This document shows positions 42,039-55,780 of a stretch of DNA of 64,000 nt, one piece after another (within the stretch, counting starts at the first letter, position 1; each line of letters opens with the position of its first letter). Source of the stretch: the human T2T-CHM13v2.0 reference genome, Homo sapiens. The stretch lies in assembly GCF_009914755.1 (NCBI RefSeq), contig NC_060928.1; one strand, given 5' to 3'. The position numbers were made by a program, and so were the translations under genes. A model generated the notes under the pieces. That model was not told the DNA's origin. It saw only the letters and a program-made list of their open reading frames with translations, and did not search any database.

Positions 42039-43339
42039 TTATTATCAAGATGTAATCAACTTGGAAAAGCACAACTTCAGAAATAGGTATTACACTTTTG
42101 GCTATTGTAAAGCTATATATTGTCAGTAAGAGTAAAAAGATAGAGGTAAGTTCTATTGCACCTCATTGATAAATATTGGTATTTACTAGAATAGTGTGTA
42201 TATCTAGGAATTTATCATTATTGCGTGTAGATTTTTATAGAATGCTTTGTAAATATATAATAATTGAAAATATATTTTTCCACTCTCATTATGCTGTAAG
42301 TTTTTAAATGTTTGCCTTAGCAATTGTTCATGATATGAGGGACTTAAAGATTCGTTGAATTGAACTGAATTCTAGCCTTTTAGTTACAATTTACAAATTA
42401 CCACTAAAAGGAGCTGGTAGCACAATCTTCAGAGAGATTTCTGCTCATGAAAATACCTCTGATTAACTGATATACCCTCATACTCTGATAACTCATATAC
42501 CCTTGACAGCAAAATGGTGGGACAAAATCTGGAAGGGCATAAAGGAGTGATGAGTGAAACTGCCCTTTACTAATGATATTACATGTTTTCTAATACCATA
42601 ATTTAAAGAGGGAGTCAATTATTTTTAAGATTTCTATTAATTTTAATTACTTTGGGATGTCCTAGGAGGAATTTTCTGATTCTTGAATTGTTATGCTGAG
42701 TTTTTCATTCATTTCTTTAATTTAGAGCTAGAACATTAAAAAAATAAATATTTGAAAGAAAAGCAAATCTCTTTCAACAGGAGAAATCTTTGTACTCAAA
42801 ACAAGCAGTTATTTAGAAATTTAAGAGTCTCTAATATTTCATTGTTTAAAGGACATTTTATATATTAAATATCTGAGCACTTCGGATCCTTGGTATTAAT
42901 GTAAATCTGAATAGACAAATTATTTTTGAAACTAGATTAAATTTTCCCAGCAATGAGACAAAATTCACTGTTCTTAAAACTTTTCAAGATGGCATGAATA
43001 TTAACAAACTTAATAGAACTTGATTGTAGTAGGACAACCCTTTTAATCTTGTTTGAAGCCACAAAAGAATCAAATCTCTCCGGATTAAGATCGTATCATT
43101 TCATGTGTTGGAGAAAAATACACTTTTTAATGAAATGTTTGACTAGACAATTTTCATTCCTCTTTGAAAGTAATTTTTGAACATGAACTCAAATTCTTGT
43201 TCTATGCCCACAGTACTACACATTTTGTAATTATTAGATCAAATTCTCTTTTGTAATTTCTACCTTAATGAATGGCCTTCCTTTTATCCGAGTGGAAAGT
43301 TTTGAAGCCTGAGGAATATTACATTAACTTATAGATATT

Positions 43340-43570
43340 GTTATATAATCTATCATATCATATTATATCCTATAATAATACAATATTTATATTATTATGT
43401 GATATATTATTTTAATATCATATATATTATATTACATATTATATAATGTTATATTTGTATATTATAAATGTTACATAACCTTATATATAACTTTGTTACA
43501 TGTTACATAACCTTACATAACCATATATGTTACATAACCTTATAACCTACATGTACTTCTATATATATAA
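43340..43570. repeat. AT-rich low-complexity tract with reiterated 'tgttacataacctta'
   Basis: The motif recurs at about 43469, 43501 and 43528. Confidence 0.8.
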
Positions 43571-45425
43571 ATTTAGAATTCCCACCATTATACATTTGGA
43601 AGCAAATTTTCATATGCATGATATGTGTCATTTGCAGTTATCCAGGCTCTTTTTAATTGTGTTTAAATAAAATGCATAAACATTATGTAACATTAATTTC
43701 TTGAGATTATTAGTAAAAATATTTGTGACATTATTTCTTTGAGTCACAATTTTGTTGTCTTATTTCCAGAGTTCATAGAAGCTAAATTCTCCTAGGAAGT
43801 GAATCTTTTTTTCACCTTGTCTGCTTCTCCCTTCTTTAAAAGACAGTACTCCACAGTCAAACCCCAATGAATGTATTATGAAACTGTAATTTTTGATGGA
43901 TGTTCCAATGTGGGAGCAAAACTTGTCATTGTGTTATATAATGTATGCACATTTTCTTTTCCATCATTTCTTCTTTGAAATTCAAAAAGTACTTCAGATA
44001 TTATGATGTTTCCAAACTGTCCTCAGAGATCGCCATGCTTATTGTCAATTGTTTCTGAAAAGGGAAAAGGAAACTCAAAGTGGAAAAGCTTTGCCAGCTT
44101 AGTGCTTTTATATTGTCTTCTATGTAGCAGAACATTAAATCTATCATTTCTAAGACTGTTCTGAGAATCTCATAATTGCAGCACTTAGATTTAAGAGACA
44201 TAATTTATCATCATTCTGTTTGCAATTGCTGTAGTATTTCAGTCAAATTCAAAAGTACTTTTCTAATTTTATTTCTGAAGGTTATATTGACCTTTCCTTT
44301 ACGTTATATAAATAACCTAAGTCTGTCTTTCATTAGTAAATCTAGTCTGTGTGGCAAAGTTAAATGTTAGCAATTTTTGCATTTCTATATACTAGTATAA
44401 TTACTTGTTTTTGTTGTTGATAAAATATTTTCTATTTATTACTCCTTCCAGCATAAATCACAACTATGGAAAGACTAACTTCTTCTGGCCTTTTATTTCA
44501 AAGTATATCATGATAAACCTTCTCTTAAAATGTTTTCAAGTATAATCAACCTAGATTTTTATAAAACTTGTGTTAGTTATACCTATCTAAGTAGATGTTT
44601 AGTTACACGTGTGGAATCAGCCTCATATGGCTTTACACAAGCTAACTTGTAATGCACAGGTTGACAAAAATATTTATGTTTCCACATGTAGTTAACGTTG
44701 TATTTTCATTGCTGTATTTCCTTATAAACTCAGATTTCCTTGAAATTGTTGATGGATTAGTTCCCTTTCAAGCAGAAAAACTAAATTGTGTAACATCTAT
44801 TATGCATTATTGTTGTGTATATATATATATATATTTGTATGTTATAGCTGTTTTTGATAACAACATGCTTTATTAGCACATTTGAATAAAATTTACCCCA
44901 ATGAATAAATTAAAATAGCATCAATGTGAATTAATTTCTTCAAACACTTGATATCTACTTGTATTGTTTATCAAATCCCTCCTTTCATTTTCACTCCAAC
45001 TTTCGTCGACCTCTCTTTCCCACCTACCTTTCTTTTAATTTCCAGCAGGTATTGGTATTTTCCATCTCTGCCACTCCTCCTATAAGATCTGCTATATATG
45101 AGCCATTCAAATTCACTTGAATTATATGGTTGTACTGTTTATAGCAATGTGAATAGCATTTATTAAGGCCTGCCTAACTTTTGAGCTAGCCATTTAAACC
45201 CAGGGTACCATTTAATGTTACAAATTTATAATTCATCTGTTTTCTATATTTTCTCTACACCAGTTCTAGTTGTGTCGATATGAAAGTGTTATCTGTGATT
45301 GGTGAGACAAAGAGCTTGAATCAAAATGTAAATCAAACACTTTATAACGCACTCTCTTTAGTTAAGCTCCCATTGTATTTTCAAAGCAAGGCTTTCTTGA
45401 TAAATGAAGCAGTGCATTAACTTAA

Positions 45426-45735
<310 letters not shown>

Positions 45736-46567
45736 GGAAGAAACTTTTTATCTCTTCATAACATTCAAACAATTCTTGGATCTGTGTTACTCTATGGATG
45801 ACTCTTTTTGTTGCTCTGCTGGTACCCTAGCATCATATGTGGATACTTGTAGCTTTTCTAATCTCCCTGGAAAACTCTACCTATGTAATTTAGCTTATGC
45901 TACTTTCTTGCATAATAAGGACCTACATTTTTGGTCAAATTTTATGGCTGATCTAAAATGCCATTAAGAATTATCTCATCATCTCATTGAGTAGTTTATT
46001 CATTCTATGATTCCATGTTCTTACTAATGTTTTCCAGGAAGCCAGCTGAAATCAGGTGATATAGAAATAATTACTACATTTCTCTGTTTAAAAATGTCAT
46101 TTGTTTATATCTCTGTGAATAAAATGAGTCTTAAGTTGATGGAAACTTAAAATTACTATTAGCAAAAAGAGAAATGGTTTTCATTACCTGGCTGTGCAAA
46201 ATATGTAATTATTTTTCTTGGGAGAATTACTGGACAATTACAATATTTTAACAAAATTAATGTTCGACATAAGGATCTCTTGAGGAAGTAATATGAGTAT
46301 TTCCTTAAAAACCTTATCTTGACAATTTATGATAATATCAAGAAGTTCCAGAATGAATGTGGGAGAGCTGGAGAAAATCCCAGGACAAGAGCAAAACACT
46401 GCTTTAAGAATATAGTAAGAACCAAAATCTTCATTTCCAGAGGATGAATATTCGTGGTAGAACATGGGTATAACTGATGTTGATTTAAAAAAAATTTAAG
46501 ACTAGACCTTTGAATGTATACAAATTTTAGGAAATCCACAACAATTTATTTTATGTGCACTTTTCTA

Positions 46568-46625
46568 TTAGGTTGGTGCCAAAGTAATGGCAGTTTTTGC
46601 CATTGAATGTAACAGCAACTAACTT
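46568..46625. mobile_element. MADE1 (Hsmar1 MITE) fragment
   Basis: 'ttaggttggtgccaaagtaatggcagtttttgccatt' is a MADE1 TIR; the right end is eroded. Confidence 0.8.
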
Positions 46626-46913
46626 AACAGGTATTGTACCTTAACCATAACTCCAAAAGTTTTACAAATATAAATGATGTGAAAAATGCATGGGTTAATA
46701 CATATGAGGTGCCTAAAACCATGCCTGACCCATATTAAGTATAAGATTCTATTATTGAATTATTTTAAATTTAGAGATGAGGAATCTAAAACAATGAGGT
46801 ACTTAAGTAACTCCTTAAACTACAGCTGGCACATAGAAAAGCTATAATTAGAGACCAAGATTTTCAGCTCAAGGTCCTGTATTATTAAAGACTACCCTTT
46901 ACTGCCTTTACAA

Positions 46914-47314
46914 CTAAGCCTTCTCTTAAAACACCTCCAATTTATTTCTAGATGGCTTCAATAGATGCATTTCTAATCTAAAGATGGACTACATAACTTC
47001 CATAATTAAAATCCTTTATTTGAGTAACTAAATCACAAATAATATATGGAAGTTGGTCTTTCCATAGTTGTGATTTGTGCTGGAAGGAGTAATAATTAGA
47101 AAATATTTTATCAACAACAAAAACATGTAAATATACTAGTATACAGAAGTGCAAAAATGCTAACACTTAACTTTGCAACACAGACTAGATTTACTAATGA
47201 AAGACAGACTTAAGTTATTTATGTAACATAAAGGAAAGGTCAATACAACCTTCAGAAACAAAATTAGAAAAGTACTTTTGAATTTGACTGAAATACTACA
47301 CAATTGCAAACAGA
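46914..47314. repeat. Composite locally templated block of three donor segments
   Basis: 46914-47021 = reverse complement of 48384-48491; 47021-47044 = 48717-48740; 47049-47314 = reverse complement of 44215-44482. Confidence 0.95.
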
Positions 47315-47797
47315 TTTACATAAATAGTCAATGTTTCCTGTGTAGAGGATGGATAACGCAACAAACATGTAAAATGAAACATGTAAAGTTCAGTGTGCTT
47401 TAAGTGTTGTGATATAGAATCTACTGTTACAATGCCAAGAAATATCACCTGTACCAAACTTTAGTAAATAGCCAGTAAGTCTTCCAGTTGGAAGAATTGC
47501 CTAACGTGAATTTTAAAACACAAATAAAGGTTAGATAATGTCTTGGTTGTAGCAGTATTGGAAGAGGTTTCCCAGCACTGTCATCTCGTATCATTCTCCT
47601 TCACGCTTGATGTTCTCTCTGCCTAGAATACTCTTCCTCAAGAGAATTATAAAAATTAATGCCTGACCTCCTTCATATTTTTATTTAAATTGTTCATCTG
47701 TGAGGTCTTCTCTGGCCAATGTATAAAAAATTACAACCCACAACAATACTTTTTATCTTGTCCCTCTTTATTTTTCTCCTTTTTACATAATATCATA

Positions 47798-48042
47798 TGA
47801 TACAGTTTGGGTATTTGTCCCCACACAAAGCTCCTGCTTTTTCCATGTGATGGGCCTCCCCTCCCGCTCTTCACTTTCTGCCATGATTGTAAGCTTCCTG
47901 AGGCCTCCCTAGAAGCCAAGCAGATGTCAGCACCATGCTCCCTGTAAAGCCTGCAGAACTGTGAGCCAATTAAACCTCTTTTCTTTGTAAATTACCCAGT
48001 TCCAGGTATTTCTTTATAATAATGCAAGTATGGCCTAACATC
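47798..48042 (+). mobile_element. Internally deleted MST LTR inside an L2 fragment
   Basis: 5' end 'tgatacagtttgggtatttgtcccc' jumps to 'ccatgtga...ccatgattgtaagcttcctgaggcctccc...aattacccagt'. Confidence 0.85.
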
Positions 48043-48240
48043 TATTATACCATACACCTTATAAATATTATACAATATATTTTACTTACTCATCTTGATT
48101 TTTGTTATCCTCCTCCACTAAAATGTAAAAGAGTAAGCACAGAAATTTTTGTCCTTTTTGCTACAGTATTCCCAGTGCAGGATGGAACTCACATGGTTCC
48201 ATATTGTTTGATAATACAATGCTTATTGGGGACTGACTGT

Positions 48241-48244
<4 letters not shown>

Positions 48245-48280
<36 letters not shown>
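48245..48280. repeat. (TG)n microsatellite
   Basis: Read directly. Confidence 0.97.
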
Positions 48281-48281
<1 letters not shown>

Positions 48282-51009
48282 TGCTGGGGGTGGGTGGGGA
48301 TTGTTTTAGGTAGATAAGTAGAGGCTGTGGTATGGTATGTTGTACCAAAGTGTTTGTATATTAACATTTTGGCGATGAGAAAAAAATAAAGGATTTTAAT
48401 TATTTAAGTGACGTAGTCCATCTTTAGATTAGAAATGTATCTATTGAAGCCATTTAGAAATAAATTGGAGGTGTTTTAAGAGAAGGCTTAGACACCAGTT
48501 GTTGCTGTTATCAGGGTTATTAAGATAAAAAAGTTAATGAGAACTATTGAATTGAGTGCTCATTAAATACTATTTACCATACCAGTTAAAGCTGGCTTCT
48601 GATGCTGCCCAAGAAAGAGCTACATTAGAGAAGATATAAACCTATACCTTTTTGCCTAATATCCTACTATGCCCAGATTACCCTTCTTATGTTTAAGTGA
48701 CTTGGTTGAAGAATTCTGAGTAACTAAATCATGAATAATAATTTCAAAATTATACAATATATACCATAATATTCAACCTTTGACTATTAAGAATATAGTC
48801 AAAATTTTTACCTATATGGTAGTCACATGCTTAATTTTCCATCAATTTCTCTCACTCAAGCGTTTCCTCACATTGTACATTTCTTTTACTAAGTTTTAGC
48901 CATTTGTAGAACAAGTTTTATCAAATAGAATAAAGTGGCTTTTACCTAAAAATTAAATTTTTCCTGTTTTATCCTCTTTGTACCTCTGAACTTTCCATTT
49001 TTTTTTTTTGCTTAATGTAATTCACATATAAATGCATTTTCCCCAAAGCATCTTTTGATACTTTCTTAACGCAGAACATTAATGACCCATGAGATTATTG
49101 TGGGCAATAAATTACAACCTAAAATGTAGTTGGGGAAAGAAAAGATACTATTTTTTTAGAAAATAGTGTATATAATATTTGAAATCAAATATAAATGCTT
49201 TGTGTTTTTTGCTATTGTCATCATGTTTTCCTTAGTAAATTTGAATTTTTATCCTAATGTTTTGCTATTGTACTGCATGTATGCATAATTCATATCATTT
49301 TAAAAGCTTTTGAAGAACATTATTGTTTAATTTTGTCCATGTAATAGGAGTAATTAAATGATCTACAATGATGGCTTGTGGCATTGACACAGGGTTAGGC
49401 AAATGGATCAATGGAAGAAGATACACACCTTTACATATACATGGAAACTTGGTATTTGACAGGAAGATATTATAAAACAAATAGATTATTTTTATGAATA
49501 AACTATTTGACAAGTGGTTACGGGAGGATTGCCAATTGAGATAAAATAATTTTACTCCATATATGCAACATATATCATATGTGGTATTTTATAATTTACA
49601 AATGTGGCATAGTAAGAAAATATTTCTTCAAGACCAAACCTTTGCTAATTGGACTCCCAGGAATGAAATTTGTCTCCTGCATACGTGCATGGAAACAAGC
49701 TTTAGTACAGCATTGGGCATTGATCCCTGTTTTACTACAAAGTTTGGACCACACGCTTCCCTAGCCCTGTCTCCATCATGAGGAAAAGGGTAAGGGACAG
49801 AACTTTTCCCAACCACAAGCAGAGATTTGACAAATAATGCCATACCATTCAGCTGCAAACAAAATGCTCAGACCCCAGCCCCTGCATTATGCCACTGAAA
49901 GGATTGATGCTGGTGTGGCAGAATAAGGCTAGAGCCAAAGTTCTTCATGTTATGTTATCATATGTGCACTGGCTCCTGATGACACGAGGCAGGGCTGGTT
50001 CATCCCTGATTATGCAGTTTCAAAGCTCCACAGCCAAAAGTTGGGGTTTCTTTTAAAATTTCCCAAGTGTCATGTCTGGTCCTGTTAATAGCTGTGCACT
50101 GTCTCAGAGGATGATGAGCAATAGGTGACTTGTCCACCTGCTGCTGATACAGACTCTGAGATTTCCAAAGTCCATCTACTCCAGGCCTAGGACCAGCACT
50201 GCTTAGCCATTTGCCCTTGCTGGAACGATATATACTACACATAGGTAATTAAAGGATTCATCATTTATCTTTTAGACATCACACTGGAAAGATATTTGCA
50301 AGGATATTTTTGGAAAAGTCACAATATAGAAGAATACGTGGTGATATCCAAGGAGATGTGGGCAAATAGAGTTTAATACAATGGAGAGTTAAGCGTCTAG
50401 CCTTTTCTAAGTAAAAATAAATGTTCAGGTAATAATTCTTCAGCCATAGTAGAAATATATCTTAATATAACATGATGTAAGTAAAATTATGCATATAATT
50501 GGTTGAATTGTTAAAAGAGAAAGCATAAATTTTGGGAAACTGATTTAGCCTTGTATTCATGATTCTAAACATTAATCAGGAATCCTGATGTTTAACCTCC
50601 AAAATATACAAGGAAAAATAGATGAGTGAAATAAGAGTGATGGCATCATACAGATGAATCAACCAAGTTTTCCTTATGCTACTGTACAATAAATAGCAAG
50701 CTGGAAAATACACCATTTTGAACCTATAAATTTGGCTTAGCACTGGAACCTATTACTTGGGGAATTTCACAAGTGTTCATATATTTATTTAGTATGGCAA
50801 CTATTTGGAAACAGAATGCAATTTAAAAATATGTTCCTCTCCAATCCCATCATATATGTTATTTTCCACCCCAAACCCACCATATCTGTTTGCCAGACAG
50901 ATACTTTCAAAGCCCAGTTGTGCACCTGCAGTCATTAGCATTTGGCAAATGGTACAAAGCTAGTGTGAAATGGAAAATGTCACCTTTATCAATTTATTCT
51001 TACTTGCGA

Positions 51010-51302
51010 TTTTTTTTTTTGAGACAGAGTCTTGCTCTGTTGTCCAGGCTGCAGCTCAGTGGCACGATCTCAGTTCACTGCAGTCTCCGCCTTCCGAGTT
51101 CAAGCAATTATCCTGCCTCAGCCTCCTGAGTAGCGGGGATTACTGGCATGTGCCACCACACCTGGCTAATTTTTGTATTTTTAGTAGAGACAGGGTTTCA
51201 CCATATTGGTCAGGCTAGTCTCGAAATTCTGACCTTGTGATCCACCCGCCGGTGGCTTCCCAAAGTGCTGGGATTACAGTCATGAGCCACTGTGTCCGGG
51301 CC
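51010..51302 (-). mobile_element. AluS
   Basis: Antisense Alu dimer. Confidence 0.95.
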
Positions 51303-53854
51303 TCACTTGGAAAATGTATGCACTTTTGTGTCCTATCCCAGCAGTGCTCATATTAATCCTATAATGCAAAATGTCTAATTAGAACAAATTTGATAAGCAG
51401 CCAGTTATCTGTATTAAACATATGTGTTACTATTCATTGTACAAGTAAACCTATTATTTCCGAGAAAAATCGGAGTCATTAGATCAGAAAGGCTTACTGA
51501 AATAGAACTCTGCTAAGCAAAACTAAGAATTTCTATTTTAGAAGAAAACATACATATTATTTCAAAGTAAATGACACATTAATAGACATAATTAGCACTA
51601 TAAAGTGTTCAAGAGTCTTGAGAAAATTAATATGAGTATTGAGTTTGAATGTGGTAGATTGCTTCAGAGGCCATCTACATATTCTATTATAAACAGGTTT
51701 TAAGCATATTAATGCTTTAAACAGGCTTATGAGGAAATAGATATTCTCTGAAGCAAGAAACTGGAAAATGAATATAAAGTGAGAATTGAACTCCTCAAAT
51801 TAACAGAGATTCTTTTACTAAATAAGCTTCCTCCTTTTGGATCTTTATGACAAATTAGTGACTTACGTTAAGAAAAAATCCTCATCCAAATTTGAGTTCT
51901 ATAGTAATACCTGGCTGCTTCTCAATTCCCTGTGTGCTCTCTGCTTTTAGTATTGTGCAGGAATTTACAGACTTACAGACCTGATTAATAAGATTTCAAT
52001 AGAATGGTAAAGTTACAAAAGTGACCAGAATTCTTGTAAGATTATTCATAATTCTATTGATAGATAATGAATACTATTTTAGCATCTGCACTGCTTTACG
52101 ACATAATTACTTAAAATATATAGCTGTTTATCATTCTCATCAATCATATAATAATATTCCATTTTGAAACAATGCAATTGCTGTCCATAGGATGCTCAGG
52201 ATAATGTTCAAACTCATTAGATAAGCTAGCACTTAAGATATTCTACCATCTATCTTTCTTCCTTTTCTATCTTCTGTTGTAACTTGTTCTATTTCTTAAG
52301 CATTCAAGCCCCACTCAATTAAATTTTCCTGAAATGTTTGTAGAACAAGTCATAGGGTTTGCTATCCGTCTCGTCCTTTCATCTTTACTTACTTCCTCTC
52401 ACTCATCCTAAATGATTCAACTCAGCCATATTTCCCAGTATTTTTCATGAAAATCCTCTGATGTTCATCAGATCATTAGATACTGTTGTTGTTCCCATTT
52501 TACTCTCTGCTTGCTATGTTACGACACCAATGATACCATTGTTAATTTTTGATTTACACATTTCCCTCCACCTGTAGATTTGAAAATATTCAAAGAACAA
52601 ATCGGAGTTTATTTAACTTTTCACTCCCAATATGTAACATTGTTTTTGGTTTGATGTGTGAATGCTGAATTGTTTTTGATTAAAATGACTCAGTATTATG
52701 AAATCAATTATACAAAAATGCAAATGATATCAGCAAAGAAGATCAAGCCAATAGAATACTCATTTTAATTCTCTTCCTCTAATTTAAAGTAACAAAGTAG
52801 TTCAGTTTATACCAATGCTAGGCTTATTGATTGATTTATTTGTTATTCATTTGTTCAATAAATACTTACTGATGGCCAGTATACCAATGGTATATCAGTA
52901 GTATAAGATTCCCTAGGGAAGAGTGATGGGACTGGTCTCACATTTCTCTACCAGAAGTTCCAATTGAATCAGTTACACTGTGTATTATTTTACCATTTTC
53001 CTGTAAGCCTCACTTTCCTCTGTTGGAGAGTTGACCTTTCTCAAAACCGGATCATTCTTATTAGCAAAGTATCTCTGGACTTCGAACCAAATAGTTTGGT
53101 TAATTTCTTTTATTGTTTCTCAAGAACCAATTTCTGATCCAGCCAGGCAGCAGGTCTATATATTTTTCTTAAATAATCTGATACACCCCCACAAGCACTC
53201 AGATAAATGCTTTCAATTATGAGTGCTAAAAAATCAGCAGCTGACTAAAATGGAGTAAACACTTGTAGGTGATGGTGAATGGACAGATAATATTGAGTAA
53301 TACTGGGCAAGTCAAATAATGTTTGCAAGCCTGACTTCATTCATCTGTAAAATAGGGAGAAATACTTCCTAGGATATTGATAGAATTAAATATGTTAATA
53401 CATATGAAGCTCTTACAATCATTCCTGGCACATAGAAAATGTTTCATAAAGAGTAACTAATATCACACACATGTATTTATATATAAGAATGGGTAAAGAA
53501 CAAAGGAAAGAAATAGAGAAAGCAAACCTAAGAATATATCTATTTTTTAGTATTTTGGTAAAATATTTTGGGCTTAGCTATACGTGGACTCTTCTGGTCG
53601 CTTCAAAATTATCATGATACAAAGGTAGAATCTTTAATAAACAACTTTCTAAATTTAGTGCTAATTGTACTTTCTTGGGTATTCAGGTTTTGAGCAACTA
53701 GAGAAGTGAATGAATGATTACTGAAATTTCAAATAAGATTTCCAACAAGTGTACTGAAATCTTATACTGATAAAAATAAAAGAAATAAGAAAAACATATT
53801 TTAGTAAATGCTTGTAATTTTATGTTGCCTTGGCATCATTTTTTAAAAATAACT

Positions 53855-54135
53855 TTGACTTTTATTTTTAGATTCTAGGGGTACGCATGCAGGTTTGTTA
53901 CTGGGTATATTATGTGATGCTGAGCTTTGGGGTAGGGCTGATCCTCTTACCCAGGTAGTGAGCATAGCACCCAGTGGTTCGTTTGTCAATCCTTGCCCCC
54001 TCCCTACTTCTCCTATCTAGCAGTCCTCAGTGTCTATTGTTGCCATCTTCATGTCCATGACTACCCAATGTTTAGCTTCCAGTTTCCGTGAGTACCCAAT
54101 GTTATATTGAGTATTCCAGTTATAAGTGAGAATAT
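53855..54135 (-). mobile_element. Older L1PA (PA13-16-like) 3' end
   Basis: 'ggggtacgcatgcaggtttgttactgggtatatt...acccaggtagtgagcatagcaccc'. Confidence 0.85.
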
Positions 54136-54170
54136 CCACATTCATTTTGAATGGAAGCTTTGCTTTCTTG

Positions 54171-54799
54171 TGCTAGAGTCAGGGCTCAGTCACCTTTGAC
54201 CCAGTTTCCGGTTCCACACCACCCTACCTGGCTCAAGCTTGTGGCCAGAGATAAGAACTTAGAGACATCTCTCCCACCCAGCACGCCGGGCTCCCAGCTT
54301 TTCTGCTGCTTCCTTTGGAAGGACCATTCAGGCATTTGGTTCATTTAGAGGGACCATTCAGGCATTTGGTTACTTTAGAGAGACCATTCAGGCGTGTTGA
54401 CTCTTCTGATCACTTCAAAATTATCATGATACAGAGGCAGAGTCTTTAATAAACAATCTTCTGAATTTAGTGCTAATTGTACTTCTCTTAGGGATTCTGG
54501 GAACTTAAAGTGACCCAAGCTCTAGTCCCTCATCTATACCGCTAGTTGCCGCACTCTCTTCTCTCTCCGTCAGCACTCTCTGACCTCCGTGTGTAGCATG
54601 CTGTGTACCCCCCAGGGTCTGGAAGAACTAACAGCTCTTCAACTTTCACACTGTGGTGTGTCATTGAAGCTGTTCCTGCAATCTGACCCCTGACAGCAGG
54701 CCCCTGAAGGGACCCACAATGTGGATCCCCTGCTGCTGCTCTTTTGTCTGGCCCTCTGTCAGCAGCGGGCGGGGGTTAGTAGCTACCAGCTAGTTGATA
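54171..54799 (+). mobile_element. LTR, probably ERV-L class, disrupted by local duplications
   Basis: TG start, 'ccagagataagaacttaga', GC-rich LTR-like body, end 'cagctagttgata'. Family not certain. Confidence 0.55.
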
Positions 54800-55496
54800 G
54801 AAAAACTCAAAGAGTTTCATTCAAAACACATATATAGAGCTCATATCCTAAAAAATTGCACCATTTTTGTCCTGTTTTATTTTCCAGAGAGTCTGGCTAT
54901 TACATTATCAAAACTTTTAAAGAAAAATAAAAAGGAATATTCCTATTTAAAAAGTCAAAATGCTTCACTTATTTGGTGAAAAAGGGATGAAACGATTTTT
55001 ATCATGGTGGTTAATAAATTCAGATTCTTAACATGGTATTGTTAATCATTCCCTGCTTACATTCTTCCTAGGCTTGGTAAACTTATTTAGTTTGTTTAAA
55101 CATGCTACTAAATTGTGTGCTTAGTTGGCCCTTATGTGCCTTCAAAGGCTGCTAGAACTCATTTATGTACCTGCTACATGTCACAAATTAACAGTAGGAC
55201 TAGTGAACCACATTTTCAGTGTGAAATATGCCATTCCAAAAATCAGTTATAACAGCCAATAATTGGAATTTTTTTTGGCATTTTAGATTTATTACAATGC
55301 CTAAATATCAGTAAACATTTTATCTATCAAAGTTTAATTTTTTTAAAAAGAAACAAATTGCACATTTCTTAGATTACTAAAACAAATAATTTCTGTTTTG
55401 GGACATGCATTGTTATGTTCTTCAATAAAATTGACTCTTATTTTCTATTATTTGGAAAATCTATTATTTTCTCATATATCTCTAAAAAACATTCTC

Positions 55497-55780
55497 GGCC
55501 GGGGCAGTGGCTCACGCCTGTAATCCCAGCACTTTGGGAGGCCGAGGCGGGCGGATCACGAGGTCAGGAGATGGAGACCATCCTGGCTAACACGGTGAAA
55601 CCCCGTCTGTAGTGAAAATACAAAAAATTAGCCGGGCGTGGTGGCGGGCGCGTGTAGTCCCAGTTAGTCGAGAGGCTGAGGCCGGAGAATGGTGTGAACC
55701 TGGGAGGCAGAGCTTGCACTCCAGCCTGGGCAACAGAGCGAGACTCCATCGAAAGAGAGAGAGAGAGAGAGAGAGAGAGA
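55497..55780 (+). mobile_element. AluY with a 24 bp internal deletion and (GA)n tail
   Basis: 'accatcctggctaacacggtgaaacccc'; deletion junction 'gagcttgca|ctccagcc'. Confidence 0.93.

Noticed and set aside
46568-46625. MADE1 as a miR-548-type hairpin
   Set aside because: The right terminal repeat is eroded, so a full hairpin cannot form.
54321-54394. 30 bp repeats as a CRISPR-like array
   Set aside because: Head-to-tail tandem units with no unique spacers, in a primate context with no cas genes.
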